A stretch of DNA of 64,000 nt from an uncultured Holophagales bacterium. Lineage in GTDB: Bacteria > Acidobacteriota > Thermoanaerobaculia > Multivoradales > UBA5704. The translations under genes were made by a program, and so were the position numbers. Below are positions 52,987 through 64,000 of the stretch, one piece after another (within the stretch, counting starts at the first letter, position 1; each line of letters opens with the position of its first letter). The stretch lies in contig CAWJGT010000009.1 of assembly GCA_963842525.1 (NCBI GenBank), positions 288,001 through 352,000 on the forward strand, read 5' to 3'. A model generated the notes under the pieces. That model saw only the letters and a program-made list of their open reading frames with translations, was not told where the DNA came from and searched no databases.

Positions 52987-53916
52987 ATGAGCGAGCCGAC
53001 GCTAGCCAAGGGGCCTCCGACGTGACTATCTATACCGACGGCGGGGCCGATCCCAACCCGGGCATGCGGCGGATGGGCCGCCATCCTGATCGACGATGTC
53101 TCCGAGCGGGCGAAGGAGCTGAGCGGCGGCGAGCCCCTCAGCACCAACAACCGGATGGAGCTGACCGCCGCGATCCGCGCCCTGGAGACGCTCCTGCAGC
53201 CGTGCCGGGTGCGGATGTTCACCGACTCCCAGTACCTCAAGAAGGGGATCACCCAGTGGCTGCCCGGCTGGATCGCCCGCGGCTGGAAGCGCAAGGACGG
53301 GGAGCTCCAGAACGAGGACCTCTGGCGCCGCCTCGCGGAGCTGGTCCGGGAGCACGAGATCCACTGGGGATGGGTGCGGGGGCACGCCGGCAACCGCTGG
53401 AACGAGCGGGCGGACCAGCTCGCCACCCAGGAGATCCGCAAGCTCAAAGCGGCGCGGAGCAGCGCGAAGGGAGCCGCGGCAGGTCCCCAACCCGCGGCCC
53501 GGGTCTTCCTGCGCGTCTCCTGCTCGCGGGGACAGGGAGGGTGGGCGGCCCTGATCCGCCAGAATGGGCAGGAGACGGCACTCTCGGGCGCGGCGGCTTC
53601 CGGGATCACGCCCAACCGGCTCGACCTGATCGCGGCCACCGAAGCGCTCGAACGCGTCCCGCCGGGCACCCACGTCGCGATCTACACAGGGTCGGATTAC
53701 CTGCGCAACGGTTCCACTCGCTGGCTCCCCGCCTGGAAGCGGCGCGGCTGGAAGACGCAGGAAGGCGCGCCCGTCTCCAACCGCGATCTCTGGGAGCGCC
53801 TGGATGCGGCGATGGCCACCCGCAACGTCGAGTGGCCGTCGGTCCAGGGAGAGGAGATGCCGGAGCTGGTGGCTCTCGGGATTACCGCGAAAGAGGCGCG
53901 GGAGGGGAAGATCTAG
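52987..53916 (+). CDS. rnhA: Ribonuclease HI with a second, degenerate RNase H domain (N-terminal frameshifts)
   Basis: IYTDG..PNPG, TNNRMEL, TDSQY, NEDLW, WVRGHAG..NERAD; repeated domain NRLDL, YTGSDY, NRDLW. Confidence 0.85.
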
Positions 53917-53917
53917 G

Positions 53918-53970
53918 CCTCACCCCCTGTCCCCCTCTCCCATCGCCCTTCCACCTCTCGGGAGAGGGGC
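53918..53970. repeat. REP-like half element
   Basis: CCTCACCCCCTGTCCCCCTCTCCC..GGGAGAGGGG. Confidence 0.8.
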
Positions 53971-54053
53971 GCCAGCTGCATGGCCATGGCGGTCTCCCTC
54001 AGGCGTTCTCGAGGATGCGGACGACCGCGGCGGGCTTCAAGGGGAGCCGCCTG

Positions 54054-54168
54054 CCCCGCCCAGGGTTTACACCCTGGGCTACCGAATGGCGCCCTCCGGG
54101 CTCGGAGTGCCCGGAATTCAAGAGCCCGGAGGGCGGAACTGGGTAGCCCCGGGTGTCAACCCGGGGCG
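54054..54168. repeat. Inverted REP-like pair, structurally akin to repeat B
   Basis: CCCAGGGTTTACACCCTGGGCTACC..GCCCTCCGGGCT / AGCCCGGAGGGC..GGTAGCCCCGGGTGTCAACCCGGGG. Confidence 0.65.
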
Positions 54169-54187
54169 ATGGGAGGGAGGGTGAGGC

Positions 54188-54697
54188 CTACTCGGCCTTC
54201 TTGAAGTCAAGCGACACCGAGTTCATGCAGTACCGCAAACCGGTCGGCTTGGGGCCGTCGGGGAAGACGTGGCCGAGGTGGGCGCCGCAGCGGGCGCAGA
54301 GGACCTCGGTGCGTGTCATGAAGAGCGAGCGGTCGCTTTCCTCCTCGACGTTTGCCGGGTCGATCGGCTGGAAGAAGCTCGGCCAGCCCGTGCCGGACTC
54401 GAATTTGGTGTCCGAGCTGAAGAGCGGCAGGCCGCAGGCGGCGCAGACGTAGACGCCCTTCTCGTGGTTGTGAAGGAGCTTGCCCGTCCCGGCGCGCTCC
54501 GTGCCCTTCTGGCGCATCACGTAGAACTGCTCGGGAGTGAGGACCTTCTTCCACTCCTCGTCGGTCTTGTTGATCTTCTCGATCTGGGTGTTCTGGCTCA
54601 CCTTCGTTCCTTTCGGAGCGGCCGGCGCCGCCTCGCTCCCCTGGCAGGACGCCAGGAGCCCGAGGGCCAGCGCCGCGATCCAGGCTTTCGGTTGCAT
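54188..54697 (-). CDS. msrB: Peptide-methionine (R)-S-oxide reductase, lipoprotein
   Basis: GTER, two Cxx[28 protein letters not shown]; lipobox LASC. Confidence 0.95.
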   Translation of the reverse strand: MQPKAWIAALALGLLASCQGSEAAPAAPKGTKVSQNTQIEKINKTDEEWKKVLTPEQFYVMRQKGTERAGTGKLLHNHEKGVYVCAACGLPLFSSDTKFESGTGWPSFFQPIDPANVEEESDRSLFMTRTEVLCARCGAHLGHVFPDGPKPTGLRYCMNSVSLDFKKAE

Positions 54698-54739
54698 CGT
54701 TGTTTACCCCCTTCGTGGTTCGGACCGGATCAAACCGGA

Positions 54740-56777
54740 TCAGATTTCCACGCCATTCTTCTTCAACAGCGCGAGGAACCCTTCTTCATCCAGGATCTCG
54801 ACACCCAGCTTGCGGGCGTCGTCGGCCTTGGAGCCGGGGTCCTCGCCGACCACCACGTAATCGGTCGCCTTGCTGACCGATCCGGTGGCGCGGGCTCCCA
54901 GGCTTTCGATCTTCTCCTGGGCGTCGCGGCGGGAGAGGCGGGCGAGGCCGCCGGTGAAGACGAACTTTTTGCCCGCCAGCGGTTGTACGTCCGCCGCAAC
55001 GGCGACGGACTTGGGGGTCTCGGCGACCTGGAGCCTCTTGAGCAGCTCGTCGAGCAGAGTGGCGTTCTTGGGGTCGCGGAAGAACTCGGTGATCGGCCTC
55101 GGCCATGCGCGGGCCGACCCCCGAGACCTCCTGGAGGACGGCCTCATCGGCGTGGCGCAGGGCGTCGAGGGTGCCGAAGTGCCGCGCCAGGTCGCGTGCC
55201 ACGGTCACCCCCACCTCAGGGATGCCCAGGCCGTAGAGCAGGCGCGGCAGCTCGGCCCGGGCGGCCGCCTTGGCGAGGTTTTCGACCAGCTTGTTTGCCG
55301 ACTTGTCGGCGAAGCCTTCGAGGCTGACGAGCTGCTCGGCCCGCAGGTCGAAGACATCCTGGAGATGCTTGACCAGCCCTTCGGAGACGAACAGCTTGGC
55401 GCTCTCGTCCCCCAGCCCTTCGATGTCCAGGGCGTTGCGCGAGGCGAGGTGGACGATGCGGCCGGCGAGCTGGGCCGGGCATTCGAAGCTGTTCGGGCAG
55501 ACGGTGAAGGGGCCGCGCTCGACCAGCGCCGTGCCGCAGGAGGGACAAAGGTCCGGCATCTTCCAGACGGGCCCGCGCTCGCGGTCGGGCTCCTCGATGC
55601 GCTCGATCACCTGGGGGATCACGTCGCCGGCCCGCTGCACGCGTACCCGGTCGCCTTCGCGGACGTCCTTGCGCGCCACCTCCTCGCGGTTGTGGAGCGT
55701 CGCGCGGGCCACGGTCACGCCGCCGATCTCGACCGGCAGCATGAGGGCCACCGGGGTCACCACGCCGCTCCGGCCGACGCTCGGCAGGATCGAGAGGAGG
55801 CGGGTCACCTCCTTGCGCGGCGGGAACTTGAAGGCGAAGGCCCAGCGCGGGTGACGGGAGGTCCAGCCGAGCGACTCGCGGGCGGCGAGGTCGTTGAGCT
55901 TGATGACGATGCCGTCGATCTCGTAGCCGAGGTCGTCGCGCTGGTCCTCCAGGCCGCGGTGATACTCCAGGATGTCGTCGACCGTGCGGGCGCGCTGCAC
56001 CAGGTCGTTGACCCGCATCCCCCAATCGCGGAGGGACTGGAGGACGTCCGACTGGGTCTCCACCTGGAGGCCTTCGGAGGCGAGGACGTCATAGGCGTAG
56101 AGGTCCAGGGGCCGCGCGGCGGTCATCTGCGGATCGAGCTGGCGCAGCGCTCCGGCCGCGGCGTTGCGCGGGTTGGAGAACGGCTCCTTGCCCTGGGCCA
56201 GCAGCCCCTCGTTGAGCTTGTCGAACTGCTCGGAGTGCATGATGACCTCGCCGCGGAGGGCGAGGAAGGGAGGGACCGGCCGCTCGCCGTCTCGGAGACG
56301 GAGAGGGACGCTGGCGATGGTGCGGATATTGGCGGTGATCCCCTCGCCGCGCCGGCCGTCGCCGCGCGTCGAGGCGTGAAGGAGGGCGCCGTCGCGGTAG
56401 ACCAGCTCGACGGAGGCGCCGTCCAGCTTGGGCTCGAGCATGTATTCGACCGGAAAGCCGGCGCCGAGCCCCTTGCGCAGCCGCTCGTCGAAGCGGCGCA
56501 GGGCGTCGACCGACGCGTCGGATTCGAGCGAGAGCATGGGGGCCGCGTGCTCGATGGTGGCGAAGCTGGTCAGCGGCTGGCCGGCGACCCGCTGGGTGGG
56601 GGAGTCCTCGGTGACCAGGTCCGGGAACTGCTCCTCCAGGGAGACCAGCTCGCGGTAGAGCTTGTCGTAGGCCTCGTCGGAGACCTCCGGCTTGTCCTTG
56701 ACGTAGTAGAGGTAGTCGTGGTGGCGGATCTCGGCGCGCAGCCGGGCGATCCGCTCCTGGGCCTTGTCGCGGCTCAT
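54740..56777 (-). CDS. ligA: NAD-dependent DNA ligase (frameshift near 55100)
   Basis: HHDYLYY, EPKLDG, TRGDG, NPRNAAAG, DGIVIK, ATLHN, zinc finger, BRCT domain. Confidence 0.95.
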
Positions 56778-56875
56778 CGCGTCCTCGCGTTCGGAACGGC
56801 CCTGTTCCCCGGGCCGGGCTTTTGCAGCGATGGATGCTACCAGACGGGGCGCCCTGGTGTTGCCGTCCTGGCGAC

Positions 56876-57021
56876 CCCTCACCCCCTGTCCCCCCTCTCC
56901 CATCCGCACTCCCGTCCCCCGGGAAAGGGGGGAAGAGAGAAGGAGAGGCCTTGTGGAGGAGTTTTTCTCCCCTCTCCCGGTGGTTGGGAGTGCGGATGGG
57001 AGAGGGGCCGGGGGTGAGGGC
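56876..57021. repeat. REP-like palindromic element, full inverted pair
   Basis: CCCTCACCCC..CCCTCTCCCATCCGCACTCCC / GGGAGTGCGGATGGGAGAGGGG..GGGGTGAGGG. Confidence 0.85.
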
Positions 57022-57062
57022 TCCGCGGCGCCTGATAGGCTGAGTGGAAGGATAGCGAACCG

Positions 57063-58037
57063 ATGACCTCACTCTGGACCAAGGCGGGCCTCACCTGGAA
57101 GGAGCTGGGGATGCTCCTGTGGCGCCAGATCTGGGAGGACGAGGTATTGGCGCGGTGCGCGGAGCTGGCCTACTTCTTCCTCTTCTCGGTCTTCCCCCTG
57201 CTGCTCTTCCTTACGACGCTGCTGGGCTATCTGGCCGGGGCGAGCGCCGACCTGCGCTGGAACCTCTTCTGGTACCTCAAGCAGCTCTCCCCGAGCGACG
57301 AGGTCTCGGCGCTGCTCACCAACACCTTGAACGAGATCACCATCTCGCGCAGCGGCTTCAAGCTCTACGCAAGCCTGTTCGTCGCGGTCTGGATGGCCTC
57401 CAATGCGATGCTCGCGGCCGGCCGGACCCTCAACCACGCCTGCGGGCTCAAGGAGACCCGCCGGTGGTGGAGGCGGCGCATCATCGCCATCCTGCTGACG
57501 GTCAGCTTTGCCGCACTGGTCATCTGCGCCCTGGTCCTGATCCTCTACGGCGGCACGATCGCCGAGCTGCTGGCGGCGTGGCTGCACATCGGCCCCTCCC
57601 TGGTGGCCGCTTGGCACCTCCTGCGCTGGCCTCTGGTCCTAGTGTTCCTGGTGATCTCCTTCGAGATGGTCTACAACTACGCGCCCAACCTGGGCGACTC
57701 GCCGAACCGGCAGTGGTGGACCCCCGGGGCGATCACCGGCGTCGCCCTCTTCCTCGCCGCCTCCTATGGGCTCCGCCTCTACCTTTTCTATTTCCACAGC
57801 TACAGCACGGCCTACGGCTCGCTGGGCGCCGTCATCGTGCTGCTCGTCTGGTTCTATCTGATCGCCTTCGCGATCCTGATGGGAGGCGAGGTGAACTCGG
57901 AGATCGGGCGCGAGATCTCCCGCCGCGAGAGGGAGCTGGCCGGCGAGCGTCCGCCGAAGGAGGGCGAGGAGGAGACGCCGGAAAAGAGGAGCCGGCGGCG
58001 GCGGCGTCTGCTGCGGGCGGCCTCTCCGCGGCCCTAG
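57063..58037 (+). CDS. YihY/virulence factor BrkB family membrane protein
   Basis: LAYFFLFSVFP, YNYAPN, TPGA, YSTAYGSLG, GGEVN. Confidence 0.9.
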   Translation: MTSLWTKAGLTWKELGMLLWRQIWEDEVLARCAELAYFFLFSVFPLLLFLTTLLGYLAGASADLRWNLFWYLKQLSPSDEVSALLTNTLNEITISRSGFKLYASLFVAVWMASNAMLAAGRTLNHACGLKETRRWWRRRIIAILLTVSFAALVICALVLILYGGTIAELLAAWLHIGPSLVAAWHLLRWPLVLVFLVISFEMVYNYAPNLGDSPNRQWWTPGAITGVALFLAASYGLRLYLFYFHSYSTAYGSLGAVIVLLVWFYLIAFAILMGGEVNSEIGREISRRERELAGERPPKEGEEETPEKRSRRRRRLLRAASPRP

Positions 58038-58987
58038 GGACCCTGGAGACCCCGCAGATCACCGAAGCGCCGGTGGAGCCGCCGGCGCCAGACCTCGCAG
58101 GCGGGCAGCTTGCCGTCGTGCGGCAGACCGAGCCCGGCCTCGCGACAGGCCGCCGCCGTCTCCGCGGCGCTCATCCCGCAGATCCGCCGGCAGGCGAGCT
58201 CCGCATGCGGGGCGGGGTTGCCGGCGCGCTCGCGCACCTCGGCGGAGAAGGCCACGCCCTGGGCGAGCTGGGGCAGCCAGGGGCCGGCCGCTTGCCGCAG
58301 CTCGTCCAGCGCCGCCGGCTCCCTCCCGCCGCCGAAGGTGCAGGCCTCGCCGAGCCCCGTCCAGAGGTCCCCCTGCCGCGATGGCGGGAAGGCGGCAATC
58401 GCCGCGAGCGTCGAGCCGAGCCCCGGATCATCGAGGAACCAGAGACGGCGCCCCACGCCGATGTCAAAGAACCACCGCGTGTCCTTCCCGAGCCGGCGGG
58501 GGAGGATCTGCCGCACGGAGGTCCGCTCCCAGTGGAAGAACGCCCGGTGGAAGCCGAAGCCGTCCAGGGCCATCCAACCGAGGAGCGGGTCGAGCCGCGT
58601 GAGCAGCCGCCGCGGCGAGGTCAACGGCCAGGCAAGGGCCCAGCCGGCGCCGACGTGGAGCATGTAGGCCTGGTCACGCCCCGGTCCTTCCAGGAAGCCG
58701 CGCAGACGGTCTCTCCGCCAGGGGGTGAGCGTGTCGAGGAGCGCGAGGCCCATCCCCACCCCCTCGGCCGCGAAGCCGCGCAGCTCGTTCTCCACGGTTC
58801 CGGACACCCGTTGCGCCAGATCCTCGGGCGAGCTCTCTTCGAGCGCGGCCTGATAGCCCGCCACGAAGGCGTCCCCGATCTGCTCCATGCGCTCGCGGAT
58901 CGAGGCGGTTCGGTACCTGCGGAGACGTTTTTTGAACGACGACTGCAGCGGAGCGATGCTCAGCAGCGCAGACCCGGCTCTTCCCAT
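58034..58987 (-). CDS. DUF1702 family protein
   Basis: RGFAAEGVGM, HVGAGWA, DGFGFH, DIGVGR.LWF, DLWTGLG.ACTFGGG. Confidence 0.75.
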   Translation of the reverse strand: MGRAGSALLSIAPLQSSFKKRLRRYRTASIRERMEQIGDAFVAGYQAALEESSPEDLAQRVSGTVENELRGFAAEGVGMGLALLDTLTPWRRDRLRGFLEGPGRDQAYMLHVGAGWALAWPLTSPRRLLTRLDPLLGWMALDGFGFHRAFFHWERTSVRQILPRRLGKDTRWFFDIGVGRRLWFLDDPGLGSTLAAIAAFPPSRQGDLWTGLGEACTFGGGREPAALDELRQAAGPWLPQLAQGVAFSAEVRERAGNPAPHAELACRRICGMSAAETAAACREAGLGLPHDGKLPACEVWRRRLHRRFGDLRGLQGP

Positions 58988-59049
58988 GCCTCTCCTCCGC
59001 TTTGAGTGGGCGGAGGGATCTTGCCAGTTGTTACGGTCTCTGCCAAGGA

Positions 59050-59400
59050 TCAGGCAGGCTCTTCCAATTCCTGCTTGAGAGAGAGGAAACGCATCAGGTC
59101 CCGCGACGAGAGGATGCCGAGCAGGCGGTCGTCCGCACTCGCCAGCGGGCCGGCCGCGGCGACCACGAGCTCGGCCCGCGGGCTCGGCGGCTCGGCCGCC
59201 ATCTCGGCCACGCCGCCGAAGAGGAACAGGGTGATGCCCCGCATGGGGATGCCGTACCGCCGCGCCGTCAGGGCATGGGCCATCTCGTGCGCGACGACCG
59301 ACGCGAACAGGCCCAGGGCGCCGACCAGTCCCATGGCGAAATAGACGACCGGGGCGAGCCCGGGCCGCATGACCGGGAAGACCGAGAGGGGGCGGGCGGC
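59050..59400 (-). pseudogene. Internally deleted site-2 protease/CBS gene remnant
   Basis: HEMAH, ITLFLFGGVA and AAGPLAS fused directly to the CBS tail LLGILSSRDL. Confidence 0.7.
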
Positions 59401-59548
59401 AGTCTGTATGCCTCAGGGACGCGGCCGAAGGGCGTCGGCGAGCGACTTTGACAGACGACGTACGCGTTGACGGGGAGCGGCCCGGCCTGGGGCCCCGGAG
59501 AGCCGCTCCCCGGCTGCGCGCTTTTCTGGCTTAGACTACCCGGCAGAC

Positions 59549-61153
<1,605 letters not shown>

Positions 61154-61291
61154 GCTCAGAGCGTTTCGCCAGCCTGGCCCTCTTCTGATTCATAGGTTTC
61201 CGAAGTCCGCGGACATCGTGCGCGGTGTTCGCGGACGTCCGTGGACATCCTCTATCGACGACGCCATCGCGGCCTTCACCCGGGGAAACGC

Positions 61292-61306
61292 TGGCACATC
61301 TCTTGC
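61292..61306 (+). promoter_or_regulatory. sigma-54 promoter
   Basis: TGGCAC-ATCTC-TTGC consensus match, about 75 bp upstream of ATG 61381. Confidence 0.85.
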
Positions 61307-61380
61307 CAAAGCTCCTGGTGTCTCGAAAAAACCTGAGGCTTCGATCCGGAGCCTTCACCGGCAACCAAGGAGGTTGATCC

Positions 61381-62355
61381 ATGGCACAGTACGCCAATTT
61401 TCTACTGCGCGATACCTTGTGGGACACAGGCTCGCCCGACACGTACGATGCTTTGTGGGCTTCGCCCGACATCGTCCCCTGGGGGCCCAATGAAATGCCC
61501 GATGCGACAAGCACGCTGACCAGCACTCGCGGCCAGGACATCGGGGCTCAACTGAATCAGGGGGAAACCAACTACATCTATCTCCGCGGTCTGAACCTCA
61601 ACGGGACCACGCAATCCACCAACCTCTACCTCTATTGGGCGGATCCCTCGCTGCTTTCTCAGCCCTCCACGTGGACGCAGATCTCGACGGCCGCGGCTGG
61701 AAATTATCTCCCGATCACCGCCGACGGGGGCCAATTCGTCGCCGGCAACGCCGCTTTCCGCTGGGCGACGCCGACAAGTGACAACACCCACTACTGTCTC
61801 CTGGCGATGGCCTCCAACTCGGACAATCCCCTTCCCAATATCAACTCGATCAACGACTTCGTAAACTGGGTTGGCAACAATCCAGGAGTCGCCTGGCGCA
61901 ACGTCCATCTGATGGGCAGTCCCCCGCCGCCCAGTTGGCAGGGAAGCCTCCAGTTCGGAAACCTCAACGATACCCCCGGGACGTTCCTGTTTTTGGTCAC
62001 TCCGATCGGGCTCAACATGACCCCGCAAGTCTCCATGCAGTGTGCGGAAGATGGGCCAAACCCGGTCATCAATTCAACGCAAGAGAGCTTCACGACGGTG
62101 CTCCCTGCGGGTTTCCAGGGTGTCCTGGACGTCGGGGTGAGCCTGCCCGGAAATACGCCGTGGCCGGCAGGTGCCAGTGTTTGCATCAGCTATTTCCAGG
62201 TCGGCGCAGGCTCCGCCGGGGAGCAGTTCCAGAAATACGCCGCCACCCCTGCCCGCCTGCAACGAAGAGGACTTGGAAAGCAGCAGCTCGCGCGCCTGAT
62301 GGAAGCACCCGGCTATCTGATCCCCGTGGGCAGCTACACGGTGAGGAGCAGTTGA
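61381..62355 (+). CDS. Hypothetical protein (beta-rich)
   Basis: SD AAGGAGG; WASPDI, NYIYLRGLN, HYCLLA, AWRNV. Confidence 0.75.
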   Translation: MAQYANFLLRDTLWDTGSPDTYDALWASPDIVPWGPNEMPDATSTLTSTRGQDIGAQLNQGETNYIYLRGLNLNGTTQSTNLYLYWADPSLLSQPSTWTQISTAAAGNYLPITADGGQFVAGNAAFRWATPTSDNTHYCLLAMASNSDNPLPNINSINDFVNWVGNNPGVAWRNVHLMGSPPPPSWQGSLQFGNLNDTPGTFLFLVTPIGLNMTPQVSMQCAEDGPNPVINSTQESFTTVLPAGFQGVLDVGVSLPGNTPWPAGASVCISYFQVGAGSAGEQFQKYAATPARLQRRGLGKQQLARLMEAPGYLIPVGSYTVRSS

Positions 62356-62409
62356 CGAGGACAAACCTTTCGACAGCTAATTGGATTACGACAAAAAGGA
62401 GGAAACACA

Positions 62410-62901
62410 ATGGCGACCTCGTATTATTCAGGAGCAGATCCGGTTTGCGGTACACAAAACCCGGCCACGTACGACACCTCCGGCGACATGGCGCCCATGC
62501 TCGAGATCACCCACACCTATTACCAGCAGGCCACCCTGGTGGATGAGGGATCATTCCATCACGTGGTCACAGGTTCGATCACGTTGACCAACAAGGGAAC
62601 GCCGGACCTGGATGACGTCTCCATCTTGGTAAATATGGATTGCGAGGCGAACATCCATACGGCGTATCTCTGCGACGCCGACGGAAACCAGGTGAAGCCG
62701 CCGACCATCACCTTTCCGGACCTCCCTCAGGGCAGTCAGCCGCAGACGCAGGTTTACCACTGGACGCTCAAGAGGATTGAAAATTCTCAGGAGCCTGGTC
62801 CGTTCGCCGTCACGCCCAAGCTCAACCCCCGATTCACGGTTTCGTACCGCACGCTTCCGACCTATGCTCAGAGCGATACGACCACTGTGAACCTGTCCTG
62901 A
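62410..62901 (+). CDS. Hypothetical protein
   Basis: SD AAGGAGG; followed by a terminator. Confidence 0.7.
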   Translation: MATSYYSGADPVCGTQNPATYDTSGDMAPMLEITHTYYQQATLVDEGSFHHVVTGSITLTNKGTPDLDDVSILVNMDCEANIHTAYLCDADGNQVKPPTITFPDLPQGSQPQTQVYHWTLKRIENSQEPGPFAVTPKLNPRFTVSYRTLPTYAQSDTTTVNLS

Positions 62902-62934
62902 GGCAGCCCACGCAGGGCGTCGAGGCCTGACCCA

Positions 62935-62963
62935 GCCGCCCGCCGTTACGGCGGGCGGCTTTT
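62935..62963 (+). terminator. Intrinsic terminator
   Basis: GCCGCCCGCCG-tta-CGGCGGGCGGC followed by TTTT. Confidence 0.85.
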
Positions 62964-63006
62964 GGGTGTAGAATCGGGCCGCACAGGTGGCCAAGGAGAA
63001 AGAGTT

Positions 63007-63510
63007 ATGGCGAGGCTCACGGAGATCTATTACATCAAATATCCCGATGAAGCAGTTGACAACCACGGGGTGCCCAAGCTGTACCGGCCCGACGGCGCGG
63101 AACGGACGGATCATGAGTTTCCCGTCACGGGCGGTAACGGGACCGTTTTCGTGTTCACCATTCCCTCGGTGGGCCCGGAGCGGACGCTACGGTTCAACAA
63201 TGCGGGCGATCCAGAGGGGACTCCACGCAAACCCGTCACCTGGACCCATTCAGCGGAGACGCCGGCGTGGATCACGCTCTACGATCCGATCGACCCGCCG
63301 TACAAAACGTTATCCATGATGGTCGACAACACGAACGGACCGGTGGAGCGGCAAGCCAGCTTCAATCTGAATCTCTACGACTCCGCGGACCGGGCTCCTT
63401 ATATCCTTTGCATCCGGAAGGAGGGTGGCGCGATGCAGCTCGATCCGACCATCGTGGAGAAGGCTCCCATATCATCTCCCGAGCCACCTCCCGGACCACC
63501 TCAGGGATGA
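63007..63510 (+). CDS. Hypothetical protein with a C-terminal DPTIV motif
   Basis: SD AAGGAG; ends LDPTIVEKAP plus a Pro-rich tail. Confidence 0.65.
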   Translation: MARLTEIYYIKYPDEAVDNHGVPKLYRPDGAERTDHEFPVTGGNGTVFVFTIPSVGPERTLRFNNAGDPEGTPRKPVTWTHSAETPAWITLYDPIDPPYKTLSMMVDNTNGPVERQASFNLNLYDSADRAPYILCIRKEGGAMQLDPTIVEKAPISSPEPPPGPPQG

Positions 63511-64000
63511 TCCCTCGCGGCCGTCATCTCCGCGAGACGGGGACGCAACGGGTCGAACCAGGGGAAGGCGAACCAGCGCGGGTCGAAGCCGCGGTCCAGG
63601 GCCCGTTGGGCATTCCACAGGGCCGAGACACGGTCGCCCACGAGAGCGAAGACCAGAGAGGCCTCGTAGGCCTTGAGAGGGTTTTCCGGATCGAGGCGCA
63701 GGGCCTCCTGTGCGGCGGCCACGGCTTCCGGGCCCCGACCGAGATGAGCCAGGGCTTGAGCGCGGAGGGTCAGGAGCTTGCCGGGCTGGGGATCGCGGTT
63801 GATCTGCTCCAGTAGTTGCCGGTAGAGCGCCGACGCCTCCTCCCGGCGGCCGGTCAGCAGCTCGGCGTCGGCCAGGTTGAGCGTTGCGAAGGGCGAGCCC
63901 GGCTCCAGCTTCAGCGCCTGCCGGAAGCGGTGCGCCGCGTCGGCGTACCGGCCGGTGAGCAGCAACGCGGTCCCCAGGTTGGTCAGCTCCGTGCTCTCCG
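63501..64000 (-). CDS. C-terminal TPR region of a larger protein (5' part outside the window)
   Basis: NLGTALL, FRQALKLEP, NLADAELLTG, QEALRLDPEN. Confidence 0.75.
   Translation of the reverse strand, partial: ESTELTNLGTALLLTGRYADAAHRFRQALKLEPGSPFATLNLADAELLTGRREEASALYRQLLEQINRDPQPGKLLTLRAQALAHLGRGPEAVAAAQEALRLDPENPLKAYEASLVFALVGDRVSALWNAQRALDRGFDPRWFAFPWFDPLRPRLAEMTAARDHP

Noticed and set aside
58034-58987. Enediyne biosynthetic cluster suggested by DUF1702
   Set aside because: No PKS, thioesterase or UnbU/UnbV-like neighbours; the gene is an orphan here.

Overview
High-GC bacterial chromosomal window; gene style suggests an Acidobacteriota (Thermoanaerobaculia-like) genome, which is my inference. 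Many genes carry single-base frameshifts that look like long-read consensus errors. Layout: (1) 1-5.2 kb, a histidine cluster (SAM methyltransferase, egtD, tRNA-His, hisS, hutH). (2) A BrnT-type toxin-antitoxin pair. (3) 5.9-22.6 kb, one long aroDE-hisZGDCBHAF(IE)-trpEGDCFBA-esterase operon. It is preceded by an unannotated 28-aa leader peptide with both Trp (WAWW) and His (HHH) codon runs and a full set of alternative hairpins, i.e. a probable dual Trp/His attenuator. (4) 22.7-30 kb, a stress block (BON, NtrC-like regulator, degenerate kinase, degenerate OtsA, Topo IB, YciF) with several sigma-54 promoters. (5) 30-33.5 kb, a repeat-rich zone (winged-helix protein, ~21-bp phased arrays, REPs, TA remnant, Uma2). 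(6) 33.5-40.3 kb, a lower-GC Vsr-Dcm-MORC-Z1-PD(D/E)XK defence island, which truncates a gene lying downstream of a secreted GLDPxG-repeat peptide. (7) 41-59 kb, mixed housekeeping and stress genes (GT4, PolX, SDR, SRPBCC, TsdA-like cytochrome fusion, GT-C, double-domain RNase H, MsrB, LigA, YihY, DUF1702). (8) 59.5-64 kb, a sigma-54 activator with its target operon of hypothetical genes and a TPR gene end. Most notable: the dual attenuator, the alphaproteobacterial-type tRNA-His(U72/A73)/HisRS pair, the phased arrays beside a wHTH protein, and the repeat-peptide module.
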